Assembly (NCBI RefSeq): GCF_004010195.1
Contig: NC_057728.1
Location: forward strand, 53,526,174 to 53,590,173
DNA: 64,000 nt
Direction: 5' to 3'
DNA from: Chiloscyllium plagiosum
Taxonomy: Eukaryota
A program made the position numbers and the translations under genes. The notes under the pieces were generated by a model. That model was given only the letters and a program-made list of their open reading frames with translations, made no database searches and was not told where the DNA came from. The stretch's first letter is position 1; every line of letters starts with the position of its first letter. Below are positions 13,053-26,400 of the stretch, piece by piece.

Positions 13053-14212
13053 CAGTAAGGCGTTCGACAAGGTTTCCCATGGGAGACTGATTAGCAAGGT
13101 TAGATCACATGGAATACAGGGAGAACTAGCCATTTGGATACAGAACTGCCTCAAAGGTAGAAGACAGAGGGTAGTGTTGGAGGATTATTTTTCAGACTGG
13201 AGGCCTGTGACCAGTGGAGTGCCACAAGGATCTGTGCTGGGTCCACTACTTTTCATTATTTATATGAATGATTTGGATGTGAGTATAAGAAGTATAGTTA
13301 GTAAGTTTGCGGATGACACCAAAATTGAAGGTACAGTAGACAGCAAAGCATTACAATGGGATCTTGACCAGATGGGCCAATGGGCTGAGAAGTGGCAGAT
13401 GGAGTTTAATTCAGATAAATGCAAGGTGTTGCATTTTGGGAAAGCAAATCTTAGCAGGACTTATACACTTAATGGTAAGGTCCTAGGCAGTATTGCTGAA
13501 CAAAGAGACCTTGGTGTGCAGGTTTATAGCTCCTTGAAAGTAGAGTCGCAGGTAGATAGGATAGTGAAGAAGGTGTTTTGTATGCTTTCCTTTATTGGTC
13601 AGAGTAATGAGTGCAGGAGTTGGGAGGTCATGTTTTGCCTGTATAGGATATTGGTTAGGCCACTTATGGAATATTGCATGCAATTCTGGTCTACGCCCTA
13701 TCAGAAAGATGTTGTGAAACTTGAAAGAGTTCAGAAAAGATTTACAAAGATGTTGCCAGGTTTGGAGGATTTGAGCTATAGGGAGAGGTTGAATTGGCTA
13801 TGGCTGTTTTCCCTGAAGCACCGGAGGCTGAGAGGTGACCTTATTGAGGTTTATAAAATCACGAGGGGCATTGATCAGGTAAATGGACAAGGTCTTTTCC
13901 CTGGGACGGGGGAGTCCAGAACTAGAGGGCATAGGTTTAGGGTGAGAGGGGAAAGATATAAAAGAGACCTAAGGGGCAACATTTTCACGCAGAGCGTGGT
14001 ACGTGTATGGAATGAGCTGCCAGAGGAAGTGGTGGAGGTGAGTACACTTGCAACATTTAAAAGGCATTTGGATGGGAATATGAATAGGAAGGGTTTGGAG
14101 GGATATGGGCCGGGTGCTGGCAGGTGGGACTAGATTGGGTTGGGATATCTGGTTGGCATGGATGAGTTGGGCTGAACGGTCTGTTTCTGTGCTGTGCATC
14201 TCTATGACTCTA
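13053..14212 (+). mobile_element. 5'-truncated CR1-clade (HER1-like) LINE in the KERA intron
   Basis: 361-aa open frame with RT motifs KAFDKV, GVPQGSVLGPLLF and FADD plus the CR1 C-terminus; ends in a ctctatga tail. Confidence 0.92.
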
Positions 14213-14477
14213 GGGCCACTAGTTTTGTGTTTCAAAATAAAAGACTCCTATGACCAGAATGTTGATTTCTCAGTATTATTGATTTTTTACTAGTTTTTCT
14301 TGCTGCGTACCCATTCAGACAATAGGATAGCATTTCTGTATCTTCTCCTTACCCTCCGTCTTGTGTCTGGTTAAATATTTAGCTCCCCTAGCTGATGGGA
14401 AATGAAAAGTATTGAAAGTAAATGGAATGTTAACATCATATTTCCCCTGAAATTAACCTGTTACTTTTTATCCACAG

Positions 14478-14650
14478 ACATTAATGGAGCTCAGGTCTGC
14501 CCCATACCCATCAACACACTTAGCCAGATGCCCTCAACGGATCATCAGCCTCGTCTCCGTTACCTCCGCCTCGATGGCAATGGAATCAAACCTCCCATCC
14601 CTCTAGAGCTCTTGATGTGTTTTAGACTTCTTACTGGAATTGTCATTTAA
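14478..14650 (+). CDS. KERA: Keratocan, last coding exon
   Basis: Acceptor ttacttttatccacag-type tract ends at 14477. Phase matches (A+AC=Asn) and gives NINGAQVCP...PRLRYLRLDGNGIKPPIPLELLMCFRLLTGIVI*, like the keratocan C-terminus. Spliced CDS is 1041 nt = 346 aa. Confidence 0.93.
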
Positions 14651-14771
14651 GTAGTCAAGCTTACTCTCCAACTCAGTTCCGAGAGAAAGAAAAAAATGCA
14701 AGTCTTGCGGGTCTGATACTTGCAGTTTGAGATGATTCCTATTTGCATACCATCTAAACTGAAAAAATGGC

Positions 14772-14782
14772 AATAAAATAAA
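14772..14782 (+). promoter_or_regulatory. Candidate KERA polyadenylation signals (two overlapping AATAAA)
   Basis: AATAAAATAAA about 120 nt after the stop codon. A further AATAAA cluster at 18064-18170 could be a distal site. Confidence 0.4.
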
Positions 14783-17700
14783 TCCAGTAATGGCAGAAAA
14801 GCACTGGCAATAATTCAAACGCATTTGTCTTAAGTAAATACCAATCTGAACTATATTGAATTCTGGCCAGAAAAGAAAATCGCCCAGTATTATTATCATG
14901 GGCAGATTTTCCAAGCCCTTAGTTGCAATTAGATCCCTGATTCTCCTGCAAGTCTGTTTTGGAAAATTGGTACTCTTTAGTAAATCTTCATACTATAGTA
15001 TTCTAAATAGCTTGACCAGACTGAAGTAATATCTGGTGTTATGTCAAGGAGCAGAAACTGTACAATATTGTAATTTTACCTTGATCTTCTCTCTGTTGAA
15101 TTATAGATTCATTGTTTGATTGAAGATTTCACAATGCACACATTTAAAGCACCTCTTAGATCTGACTTGTGTCATCGCTAACACATGTTCCGAGTTATGG
15201 TAAAAATTTAATTTGGAATTTTAATCCATATTGTACGTACTCCATTAACAACTAAAGCAAAATAACTTGCTTGTCACTCCATCATCTTCTTCCTCTGATC
15301 TACAAGACATTTTTATTCTGGAATCTGATCTACTGAGGTCTACCAGGATATAATCCCAAATACAGAATGTGACTATGAAGACCAGAAATTGGGAATCAGC
15401 AAAAATGTTGTAAATTCACATCAGTGGAAACAATCTGGAAATCTCTCCATACAAAAGGCTGGAAATGTTAGGGCACAACTGGAGCTTTCAAGACCAGGAT
15501 TGGTAGACTCATGTTAGGTGAGGTTGTCAATGGACAAGGAGCAAAGATAGGTAATTTATTACTCATTCCTGGGATGTGGGCATCACTGGCAAGACCAACA
15601 ATTATTGCCCATCCATACTTGCCCTTAAACCGAGTGGCTTGCTTGTCCATTTTCAAGGGCAGTTAAGGATCAACCACTTTGCTGTGGGTCGGATCGGAGT
15701 CACTGACCAGGTGTAAATGGCAGATTTATTTTGTTAAAGGACATTGGCCCAGATATTCCAATTATCCTTGGTATGGATTCAACCTTTACCCAATTACCTG
15801 ATGATGATTTTTCCATCCATGATTCCCAAAGCTATGCTGAATGTCTGGATCAGAGGAAACAGGGGGAAAAAAGTCCACTCACTTAGTGCAAGAGTGGCAT
15901 TATGTCCAAAATACTCCCCTCTTTTTACAGACTTGCCATTGTATTTCAGGAATTATTTAAAGTTTGCAATGTCATATTGACAACAACTGTGTAAGGTACA
16001 CGAGGAGGGGTAAGGTAGCAGATTGGTGGATAAAGAGGATAAATGTCAGATAGATGACATGCATAAAATGCCAGGTTGGTGAAGGGTGTCAGATCGTTAG
16101 GGTATCAGGCGGGTGAGGGGATAAGTGGGTAGCTGCCAGGTAAACGAAAGGCTGCTTATTGGAGGTCAGAGGAGTAACATCGACTGGGGCTGGGAGAGGT
16201 ATTGGCTCCAGGGTTGGATTGGACCAAGGTGGCCAGGCTGATGTTGAGTGGGATGGCGAGGTCAGGGGATGGCAGGGGGAGTTATCTCCAACAGGGTGGA
16301 GTCAGGAGGTTGGGCCACATCCAATGTAAGGTAGAGGCTTGGGTTGGGTCAGAGGGGTTGTCAGATGTCGATGGGAAATAATAAACGGTGAGTCAGAGGG
16401 TGTCAATTTAATAGCTACATTGGCGTTGGAATAGTCTTTTAATCTGATAACATTCTGAATTCTCCAACTGTAATGAATTTATTCAGAGGGTTCGAGATTT
16501 GGGGAAATTGCATCAGAGTCAGTTGCACATACATGGTCTCAATGTGCAACTCCAGTTTGCACTGTTCACTGGACTATCTGGGTCAATACTGAATCTGTTG
16601 AGTTTTTACAAAAACGTTATGATAGTTTCATGATCAACATGACTGAGCCTAGCGTTCAATTCTAGGTTATTTAAAAAAAAATCAAATTGACATTTCCCAA
16701 TCTTCACTGGTAGAATTTGGAGCCACATTCCCAGCTGATCAGCTATTAGTCCAATGACATTACCACCATCCAAACATTTCACTACATGTGAGTCGGCCTA
16801 GATTGAACTTAATGATGGAGCAGCTTTGTGGGGTTGAACACCCTAATCCTGTTTATAACCTGGAGAGAGAGAAACAAACAGACTAGTGTCTTTTGAGACT
16901 TGTCCTGAGGGATGGTATTTTTCAAAACACTTGCTTCCATTTTCTCTATTCAGATGCAAACCCATTACTATATCATCACACCAGTACTAGATATCCTTGT
17001 GTAATCATAATAGACTGCATAGTCTTCCGATGTCATCCCCACTGCAATCACACAATGAGTGTATAGACAGCATTTGAACCGAAAGACTGCAATCTATAGA
17101 TTGATCTACATATACTGGAATAATCTAAATCATGATTTTTTAAAAAATCAAATCAATTGGAAATCAAATCAATTGGAAATTCTAAAGACAGAAGCATGAA
17201 AAAGATTTAAAAAGCAGAAACTCTACTTTTTACTATTTTTAGTTTTTCAATTAGTTCATACATTCCAATTCTGAAAATATTTAAACCCAAACAATAAAAT
17301 ACTGGAAGCAGATAGCAGGTGCTTTTAAAGAGAACAGGGTGCCTTTTGGCCCATCATTCTTCTGTTAACTCTTTGAAAGAGCTGGGTCAAACTGCCCTGC
17401 TCTTTTCCCACTCACCTGCTCTCTTTCCATTTCCCTACTCTTTTCCATAGCCTTGCAAACTAGCATCATATTTAATTTTGAAATTTGCCACTAAATATGC
17501 TTCCATTGCCCCCATAGGGGCTGATTCTGACTTGTAACAACTCACTGCATTAACCTTCGTAGCACTGGTTATTGACAATTTGCAATTAGATAGATGTAGT
17601 ATTGTGTGCATGGTCCTGATGAAGGATGAATAACAGGCAGATTGTAGTGCATACATAGGAGTTTCAGGCCACTACCTGGGAGACCTGGCAGTTCAATTCA

Positions 17701-19161
17701 CAGCAAAGTCCACTCATGGAATAGCATGAAACTGTGGGCAAGGCTCCCCTCCTCAAACACCAACTTGGAAAGTGACCCCTCAGTGCCCTCACTGAATGAG
17801 CTAGATATTTGGGAGGAAACTGACAACAGATTTTGATCCTGAAAAATCACTACAAAAGAATGTTCTGAAATTCAACTGTTTTATATACCTAACTACTATA
17901 AAAATCCCCATGCAATATGATAGAAGGTATGACTATGTTTTACTAGATCCTTATGCATCAAATATGCTTATTATACTATAATTTGAGCCAAGAAACTTAG
18001 AATTCATAATAGAATAGTGCTGTGTAATATGCATGTTATTATTCCAGCATAGGAACATCTTATAATAAACATGCATGGACAAGGTTAATTTATTTCTATT
18101 TCAGATAAATAAACTACCCGGAGTCTTTTTAGATTATTGCAAAAGTAATAAAAGTTCAAAGATAAATAAATCTGTGTCATTTATTACAATGTGTATGTAT
18201 GTAAACTCATGGATGATTTTACTAAAATTACAGAAGTTGCCTATACATTAGAAGTTTTTACCCTGTGCTGTTTTGTTAAACACAAAACCTAAGGATTTAA
18301 GCTGCTTGAATCCTGGGGCACAGGACTTTGAATTAATTATGCACACTGGCATCTCATGGTGAAATCTGAGATTATTCTTTCAGAGGAAATCTCTCAATAC
18401 AGTGAAAATGAAGCATATGGAATCAAAACATTCAGCTCGTCTTGTCCTTGCTCATTCTCTGTGAGAGCAACTCAACTAATCCCACTGCAACCTCACCCTT
18501 CCCTATTTTATTTCCTCTTTCTTTTTCTCATCAAATGCTTATCCAGTTCCTTTTAAAAAACATAATTGAGCCTGCTGCTCTCTTGAGTGATGCAGTCCAG
18601 GTCCCATTCATCTACTGTGATGGAAATTATTTTCTTTACATCACCATTGCTTCTATTTCTACCTATCTTAAATCAGTGTCCCCGGTTCTCAATCCTCCTG
18701 CATCCTGGGAACATGGGTGTGAGGAGTAGGAATTGATCATTCAGCCCCTCAAACCTACTCTACAGTTTGATATGACCATGACTGATCTGTTTGGGTGCGT
18801 TTGAATTCCACATTTCCTATCTTCTGTGCCCAGACCCCCCAGAATTGATACTCAATGAATTACTCCTGAGGCGTCATCATTGCTGTGAATTAAGAAACAC
18901 ATGCAGTCAAATTTGCACACAATAAGGTTCTATCAACATGATGATCATCATCCTGTCAACGAAAAAGGCATTACTGTGTGACTTATGTCCCTCTTCACAG
19001 TTAATATAAAGCAACAGTGGCAGAGACCCTGGGCAAGATGTCAAGCAGCTGTTGATCATAGCTGGCAGCCATAATAGACAGGGAACAGAATGAATTTAGA
19101 TGTGCTAGCCTTGAATTAATTAAAATCCACCAATTCATTGCAAGTTGGTTATTGTCATGTT

Positions 19162-19506
19162 TGTAATGAGGTCAGCCAGCTAAACCTCATATGATATGAG
19201 TTCCTGACTAGGGCTGTTAATCTGGCTGACAGATATAAACAGGAGTGTCAGAGAGGCAAAAGTGAGGAATGCAGATGCTAGAGATTAGAGTCAAGATTGT
19301 GGTACTGGAAAAGCACAGCAGGTCAGGCAGTATCCGAGGAGCAGGAAAATCAATGCTTCGGGCAAAAGCCCTTCGTCAGGAATGAGTCAGAGACACTGAC
19401 ACTCTGGTAGCTGATTCTGAATGTGACAATACGCGAATCAAGGACTGCTCATGTGTAAATAAAGGAAGATTTAGTGACGGATACTGCCCTCTGGGCAGTT
19501 ATTTCA
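19162..19506 (+). mobile_element. Possible small solo LTR carrying a family A Penelope insertion (about 19254-19386)
   Basis: TG...CA ends with internal TATAAA and AATAAA. Nested insert has an 8-bp direct repeat gtcagaga. No TSD seen for the LTR itself. Confidence 0.4.
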
Positions 19507-21950
19507 GTGATCAGCTGCTTTCAATTAATAGGTTGACAAACAACTGACCAGGACATGAAGAGCGCCTGCTAACTCTTTGAAAGAGCTAGGTCAAACTGCC
19601 CTCCTGTTTTCCCATTGACCTGCTCTCTTTCCATTGCCCTGCAATTTCTCATTGCCTTGCAAACTTGCCTCATGTTCCATTTTGGAAGTTACCACTAAAT
19701 CCGCCTTCATTGCCCCCACAAAATATAAATGTAGCTCATTTGTTCCATCCTGTATCTAAATCCAGAACTTTAAGAGCTTCAAACTGTTTTCTTACTTGAA
19801 TTTATCTCACTATCCTAAACAACAACTTACAGTCCATGCATAGATTTGTAACAACACAGGATCCGGCCTTAATTTAAATACACCATTTTCATGATACCTA
19901 TATCAGTATGGTTACGCAGTGATCCATTCACACTTAAACACCATGTTGAAGTTTCATAATTTAATTCCATGGATACCATCAATAAATTGCACTGAAGTAA
20001 AGATACATTCAAATAACAGCAGAAAGTGTACCCAGCAAAATGTAATTTGTCCTTTTCTCAATCTTTTACATCCACATTGCAAACCTCCTAACGATGTGTT
20101 GAGTGGCCAATTTGATGTATTCCAGTTCATCACAGACCATGTCGGGCACTTTTTAGACATCATCCTCTTTGTCTGTGGAGCTTCCTTTCCTTTATGTTTC
20201 TATATACAATATGTTCCAGTTTCATGTTTAGCAGAAGGTTGTTTATACTCAGTGTGTATTTTGTTCCTAACACAACATTCTTGTCTTTGTTGTGACTTTA
20301 TGGAAACTGGCTGCAAGATGGCAACCCCCAGTCAATGCTTTATGGTACAAATCACATGAATACAACAAACCAGAAGGCACATTGGTGCAGATCACGTCAA
20401 TCCCAAACATACTCTTTTTCATTCAAAAAAATATTCATGCATTATCTTGTAAATTTTGAGATGCACAAGTTCCCCACTATACACATAACTGTTCCCATAT
20501 ATCATCAGTCTCTGCATTTGCTTTTCACACTAAGGATGAATCTTACCAGAAATCAGATAAGTAGCAATGTTGCTGAGTTCCTCTCTGTGAGCCCAAGTGG
20601 GTTTTCTCATGCTATCTCACTAACAGGGCACCACACCCCTATGGTGCCCACTTGTCATGTTCTCCTAATCATCACAGGCAGAAATGTGGGCCGCTGCCAG
20701 AATCTTCTGGGATTTGTGACAAAGGTATTGCCTTTAGAGTTTATCAGGTCAAGTGCTGGCATTCTGCAGCTCCCTGCACAGTTCATTGTATTTGCCCCAG
20801 GCATTTTTGACATAGAGTAATTGACACCATCGTTTTCCGAAGAAGACCTGAAGGTCCTGCTGGATAGGGAGTGCATGTGCTCACTGCCCTTAGAGTTTGA
20901 TTCGAGATGCCGGTGTCTGATAGAAATACAGAAGAACAAGCAACGAGCTGATACCTGGGAAGATTCTTCCCCCAGTCTTTAAATCATGTTGGTCTCTTAA
21001 CCATAGACATGCACATTATAGTTCACTGCTTGTCTGGGTGATGTTGCAGAGTCTTTCCCATTGCATTCGTTGCTGTGATGGTACCTGCTGTTGAATTTCC
21101 ATCTTGGGTTGCTGTGGACTGTTCAGGTGGTGAGTTCACATCTTCCTGCTCAGTCACCTACAGTTGATAAACAGCTTCATTATTATTGTCCACTTGCTTT
21201 TGGTTGTGACAATATATCTGGTTGCTCATTTCCACTGCGCATGATCGAGGTGACAACTGCAGGTTCCAAGTTGACACTTGGCCAACTCTTTGTTGATGGT
21301 ATTGAAATTTTGCACAATCTAGCTCTCCAAAGCTCAACTTCAGCAGTCTTATCAAAATGAAATTTGGCGTTCTGTCAATGCACTCTGATTACATCACTTA
21401 TGCTCATTACAATTTCTAGATTCAGTAGCATTTTTGCTACTGATAGAATGGCTTAGGTGTGACATGACATTAATCTTTGCACTGGATTAAGCTCCATGAC
21501 TTCAATAGATGTGTTTTTCCACACAAGGATGGCCTTGTGGATATCTGTGCTGGATTTGCTTGATTTGTTTATGATTCCTTTGGCAATTTGCACTGCTGCC
21601 TCAACCTTTCCATTTGACTGGGGTTAATGTGAAGATGACTTATAGTGCTGAATTTCTCAATCGTTTATAGAACGGCTGAATTCTTCACTCATAAACTGAA
21701 GGCTATTGCCACTCATTACAGTGTCAGGAATAATGCTGAAGTGCGTTTTCAGACATTCTGCAATCTCACCAGGATTTGATGAAGGAAACATGATTACCAC
21801 ATAATGGCTAGAATAGTTGTCTACTGTGACAAGTTAATCAGTTCCTCTGAGTGTCAAGAGAACTACCCTCAACTTCATCCATGTTAGAATTAAAATTAGA
21901 ATTTAGAGTTAGAATCAGAATTAGAATTAGGTTTAATGCCACATGTACTC

Positions 21951-22330
21951 AAGTTACAAAAGAAGAGGAGTACAGTGAAATGTGTACAATATGGCCAACA
22001 CATGGCACCATCTTAGGTATAAAATACCTAGGCACAAATCTTAGATACAAAAAAAAAAGAGAAAATAAAGAAAAAAGTTACACTACATTACAGAAATACA
22101 TAGTATATGCTTAAGTTAGGAAACTAAGAAATAAAGCTAAAAGTTACAAAAGAAGAGGAGTACAGTGAAATGTGTACAATATGGCCAACACATGGCACCA
22201 TCTTAGGTATAAAATACCTAGGCACAAATCTTAGATACAAAAGAAAAGAGAAAATAAAGAAAAAAGTTACACTACATTACAGAAATACATAGTATATGCA
22301 TAAGTTAGGAAACTAAGAAATAAAGCTAAA
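21951..22330 (+). repeat. Near-perfect 190-bp tandem duplication
   Basis: The unit starting aagttacaaaagaagaggagtacag at 21951 recurs at 22141 with only a few differences. Confidence 0.95.
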
Positions 22331-22839
22331 AAGATAGACATTACAATCTTTTGAGAAGGGTTTCCATTTAGTCTGACCAGGCTCCACCTGTTTCCAACCA
22401 GTAGCTGTCTTCACTCTGGACCTGCTGGATGTCATCCCCACTCCTCTCCAGGTTGCTAGCAGAAGAAGAAAAAGACAGACGAGAGAGAGAAAAACCCACA
22501 AGGAAGAGAAAAAATGAGAAAAAGAAAGAAAAGGAATGGACGGAGTGGACGAGCTCTGGCTGGAGCATTCTACTCTGCTACCAACTTGTCTGAGTCTTTT
22601 GTATGGTATGTATCTTGTATGTCATGTGTCATCAGTGGTACACTAGCTTGGCTGATGTGGTCATTGATCTTGCTGCTCAGTATTGGCCAGTAGAGCACAT
22701 TTCTTACCTTGATTCAATTCCTTAATAGCTTGCTTGGATATGCTTCAGCATCTCTTCTCTCATATTTTTAAGGATAATAACTCTATTATATCCTTTGTAC
22801 AAGATGCCATCTTGTACAGTCAGTTAATCTCGTCTGCCA

Positions 22840-23125
22840 ACCCTGGTTATACTCTCTTTCAGCCTCTTCATTGGGAAGAAAATACAAAAGTTTGAAACCA
22901 CGGACTAATAGATTTAAGAACAGTTTCTTCCGCACTTTTATCAGAGTTATGAAAGAATCTCTCATATATTAGAGTTAACATTTCACTGCACCTTCTCTGT
23001 AGCTGCAACACAACATTCTGGATTCAGTTCTATTACCCTGAGGTACATATATAAGGTAATATTTGTCTGGATAGCACATAAAACAATACTTTTCTCTGTA
23101 TCTCAGTATATTTGATGATATTAGG
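22840..23125 (+). mobile_element. Rex1/Babar-like LINE 3' end
   Basis: ggaagaaaatacaaaagtttgaaaccacggactaatagatttaagaacagtttcttc (GR.YKSLK..T.RFKNSFF); homologous to 50935-51580. Confidence 0.6.
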
Positions 23126-23129
23126 CAAG

Positions 23130-25055
23130 AAACTTTCAAAAGTTGATTGGGGAAGATGTTCACAAGTAAAGAGACGGCTGGAAAATGGAAGCATTCAAAA
23201 ACGAGATAACAAGACTCCAGAGAGAATACGTTCCTATCAGGATGAAAGGTAAGATTTGTAGGTATAGGGAATGCTGGATGACTAGAGAAATTGAGGTTTT
23301 GGTCAAGAATAAGAAGGAAGCATACGTCAGGTAGAGACAGCAGAAATTGAGGAATTCCCGAGAAGTGTATAAAAGCATAAGAGTATCGTTAAGAGGGAAA
23401 TCAGGAAGGCAAAAAGGGGATATGAGTTAGCTTCGGCAATTAGAGTTAAGGAGAATCCAAAGGATTCTACAAATACATTGAGGACAAAGGATTACTAGGG
23501 AGAGAATGGTGCCCCTTAAAATCAGCAAGGCCATCTATGTGTGGAACCGCAGGAGATGGGAGAGAAACTAAGTAAGTATTTTACATCAGTGTTCACTGAA
23601 GAGAAAGATATGGAAGGCATAGAACGTGGGGAAATAAATAGTGACATCTGGAAAATTTCCATATTAAAGAGGAAGAGGTGCTGGAAGTCTTATAATGCAT
23701 TAAGATGGATAAATCCACAGCACCTGATCAGTACACCCTAGAACTCAGTGGGAAGTGAGTGAACAGATTGCTGGGTTCCTTGCTGAGATATTTGTATCAT
23801 TGATAATCATAGGTGAGATGCCGGAAGACTGGAGGTTAGTTAATATTGTGCTACTATTCAAGAAAGGTGGTAAGGAAAAACTAGAGAACTATAGACTAGT
23901 GAGCCTGATTTCGGTGATGGGAAAGCTGTTGAGGGAATCCTGAGGGACAGGATTAAAATGTATTTGGAAAGGCAAGGATAGTCAACATGGCTTTGTCCGT
24001 GGGAAATCATGTCTCACAAACTTGATTGAGTTTTTTGAAGAAGTAACAAAGATGATTAATGAGGGCAGAGCGGTGAACATGATCTATATGGACGTCAGTA
24101 AGGTGTTCAACAAGGTTTCTCATGGTAGACTGGTTAGCAAGGTTAGATCGTATGGAATGCAGGGAGAACTAGATATTTGGATACAGAACTGGCTCAAAGC
24201 TGGAAAAGAGAGGGTGATGGTGGAGGATTGCTTTACAGACTGGAGACCTGTGAGCAGTGGTGTGCCACAAGGATCGGTGCTGGGTCCACTGCTTTTCATC
24301 ATTTATATAAATTATTTTGATGTAAGCATAGGAGATATGGTTAGTAAGTTTGCAGATGACACCAAAATTGGAGGTGTAGTAGTCAGCAAAGAAAGTTACC
24401 TCAGATTACAATGGGATCTTGATCAGATGGGTCAATGGGCCGAGGAATGGCAGATAGAGTTTAATTTAAATAAATGTGAGGTTTTGCATTTTGTAAAGGC
24501 AAATCAGGGCACAAATTATGCTGTTAGTAGTAAGGTTCTGAGGAGTGTTCCTGACCAAAGAGACCTTGGAGTGCAGGTCCCTAGTTCCTTGAAAGTGAAG
24601 TTGCAGGTCAATAGGTTAGTGAAGAAGGTATTTGGCGTGGTTGCCTTTATTGGTCAGCGCGTTGAGCATAGGAATTGATAGGTTGTGTTTTCGCTGTATG
24701 GAACATTGGTTTGGCCACTTTTGGAGAATTGTGTGCAGTTCTGGTCTCCCTCCTCTAGGAAGGATGGTGTGAAACTTTAAAGGGTTCAGAAAGGATTTAC
24801 AAGGATGTTGCAAGGGTTGGCGGATTTGAGCTAGAGGGAGAGGCTGAGTAGGTTGGAGCTATTTTCCCAGAGGCATCAAAGGCTGGGGGTGGAGACCTTA
24901 TAGAGGTTTATAAAATTATGAAGGGTATGGGTAAGATAAATAGACAAGGTATTTTCCCTGAGGTTGGGGAGTCCAAAATTAGAGGGCATAGGTTTAAGGC
25001 GAGAGGGGATAGTTATAAAAGAGACCTAAGGAGCAACTTTTTTGAACATAGGGGG
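23130..25055 (+). mobile_element. CR1-clade LINE ORF2 fragment (RT), decayed
   Basis: ORFs with PEDWRLVNI, GVPQGSVLGPLLF and FADD; frameshifts. Confidence 0.9.
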
Positions 25056-25665
25056 TGTATAGTACAATCCAAATAAGGTGATCATCCCTTTTTTTTTAAG
25101 TTCCACTCAAATAACTTCCCAAGACATATTCCCAGGAATATCCTCCCTAAGTACAGCCACAATGTTATCCTTAATCAAAATGCCACTCCCCCTCCACTCT
25201 TGCTCCCCTTTCCGTTACCTGTTAGGCCTCTTGCATTGAAATAAATACAGTTTAATTTATGAGTCCTACCTCATTCTCTGCTTTGTTCCTGCATGCCCTG
25301 ACTGTTTGACTTACTTCCTTTCCCAACTCTATCAGTCTCAGACTGCTCTCTTTCCTCACTACCTTCCTCACCTCTTATTAGTTTAAATCATCCCAAGAAG
25401 CTCGAGCAAATCTCCTCGCCAGTATATTTGTCCCCTTCCAATTCAGGTGCCACCCGTCCTTTTTATACAGGTCACTTCTACCCCAGATGAGATTCCAATG
25501 ATCCAAAAATGTGATTCCTTCTCCCCTGCACCAGCTCCTCAGCCACGCATTCATCTGCTCTATCTTCCAATTCCAACCTCACCAGCTTGTAACATTGGGA
25601 GCAATACAGATATTACTGGAGGAGGGGTTGTGGTGCTTTAATTAAGGATAACATTAATACTGTAC

Positions 25666-25850
25666 AAAGTTAAAAATTACACAACACCAGGTTATGGTCT
25701 CTGAAGCACTAGCTTTCAAAGTGCTGCGCCTTCTTAAGGTTACAGCACTAGCTCTGAAAGCCAGTGCTTCCAAGTAAACCTGTTGGACTATAACCTGGTG
25801 TTGCGTGATTTTTAACTTTGTCCACCTCAGTCCATCACCGGCTCCTCCAC
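25666..25850. mobile_element. Fold-back Penelope-derived insertion (family B)
   Basis: Inverted arms aaagttaaaaattacacaacaccaggttat / ataacctggtgttgcgtgatttttaacttt, with decayed hammerhead-like cores in the middle. Confidence 0.7.
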
Positions 25851-25883
25851 AACAGTACTTAGGGAGAATATTCCTGGGAATAC

Positions 25884-26400
25884 TGCTGAGGACTAGGCCA
25901 GACCCCCTCAAAACCTTACAAGGAAGTACCTCAGACCCTAACTTTGTTTTAAGCAGGTATAATGTGGATGTTCCAGGAGGGATGCAGTTGGTCAAACTAC
26001 TTAGTTTTAAACAAATCAGAATTTATTTACAAGATTACTGAATGAAACACAAACCAAAGAGAATGGAATACAGAATAACTTAATCTATCCAAAAACGCAA
26101 CAGATTAAACTAGCTTTATGATGCAGTTCCAAATACTTGCAACAATCCCCATTAACACCGCATTGCACAGAAGGTAAAACCAAACCCAGTGTCTTGCAGG
26201 AGAGATGTCAGATAGAGAGGACCAGCCTGGACCTACTTCTTTGGGTCTAGTAGATTCAAACTTCCTGACTGCTTTCAGTGAATAGCCAGACTAAATCAAA
26301 CCTGTGAAAAGTTGAGTTGGGAGATATGGCCACTCCCCTTTGATTTTTTTTAACAACATAAGGGACAACATAACCTTGTTAAAGGAGTAGCATTATCACA
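25884..26400 (-). mobile_element. Probable solo LTR
   Basis: TG...CA segment that cleanly interrupts a CR1 endonuclease fragment (gggaatac | aacattcagc); minus-strand AATAAA near 26023. Confidence 0.5.

Noticed and set aside
14402..14477. N-terminal part of the 82-aa ORF
   Set aside because: Intronic polypyrimidine/acceptor region upstream of the exon.
12784..17180. Short tandem duplications (17 bp at about 12784; 16 bp at about 17145)
   Set aside because: Ordinary slippage duplications with no further structure.
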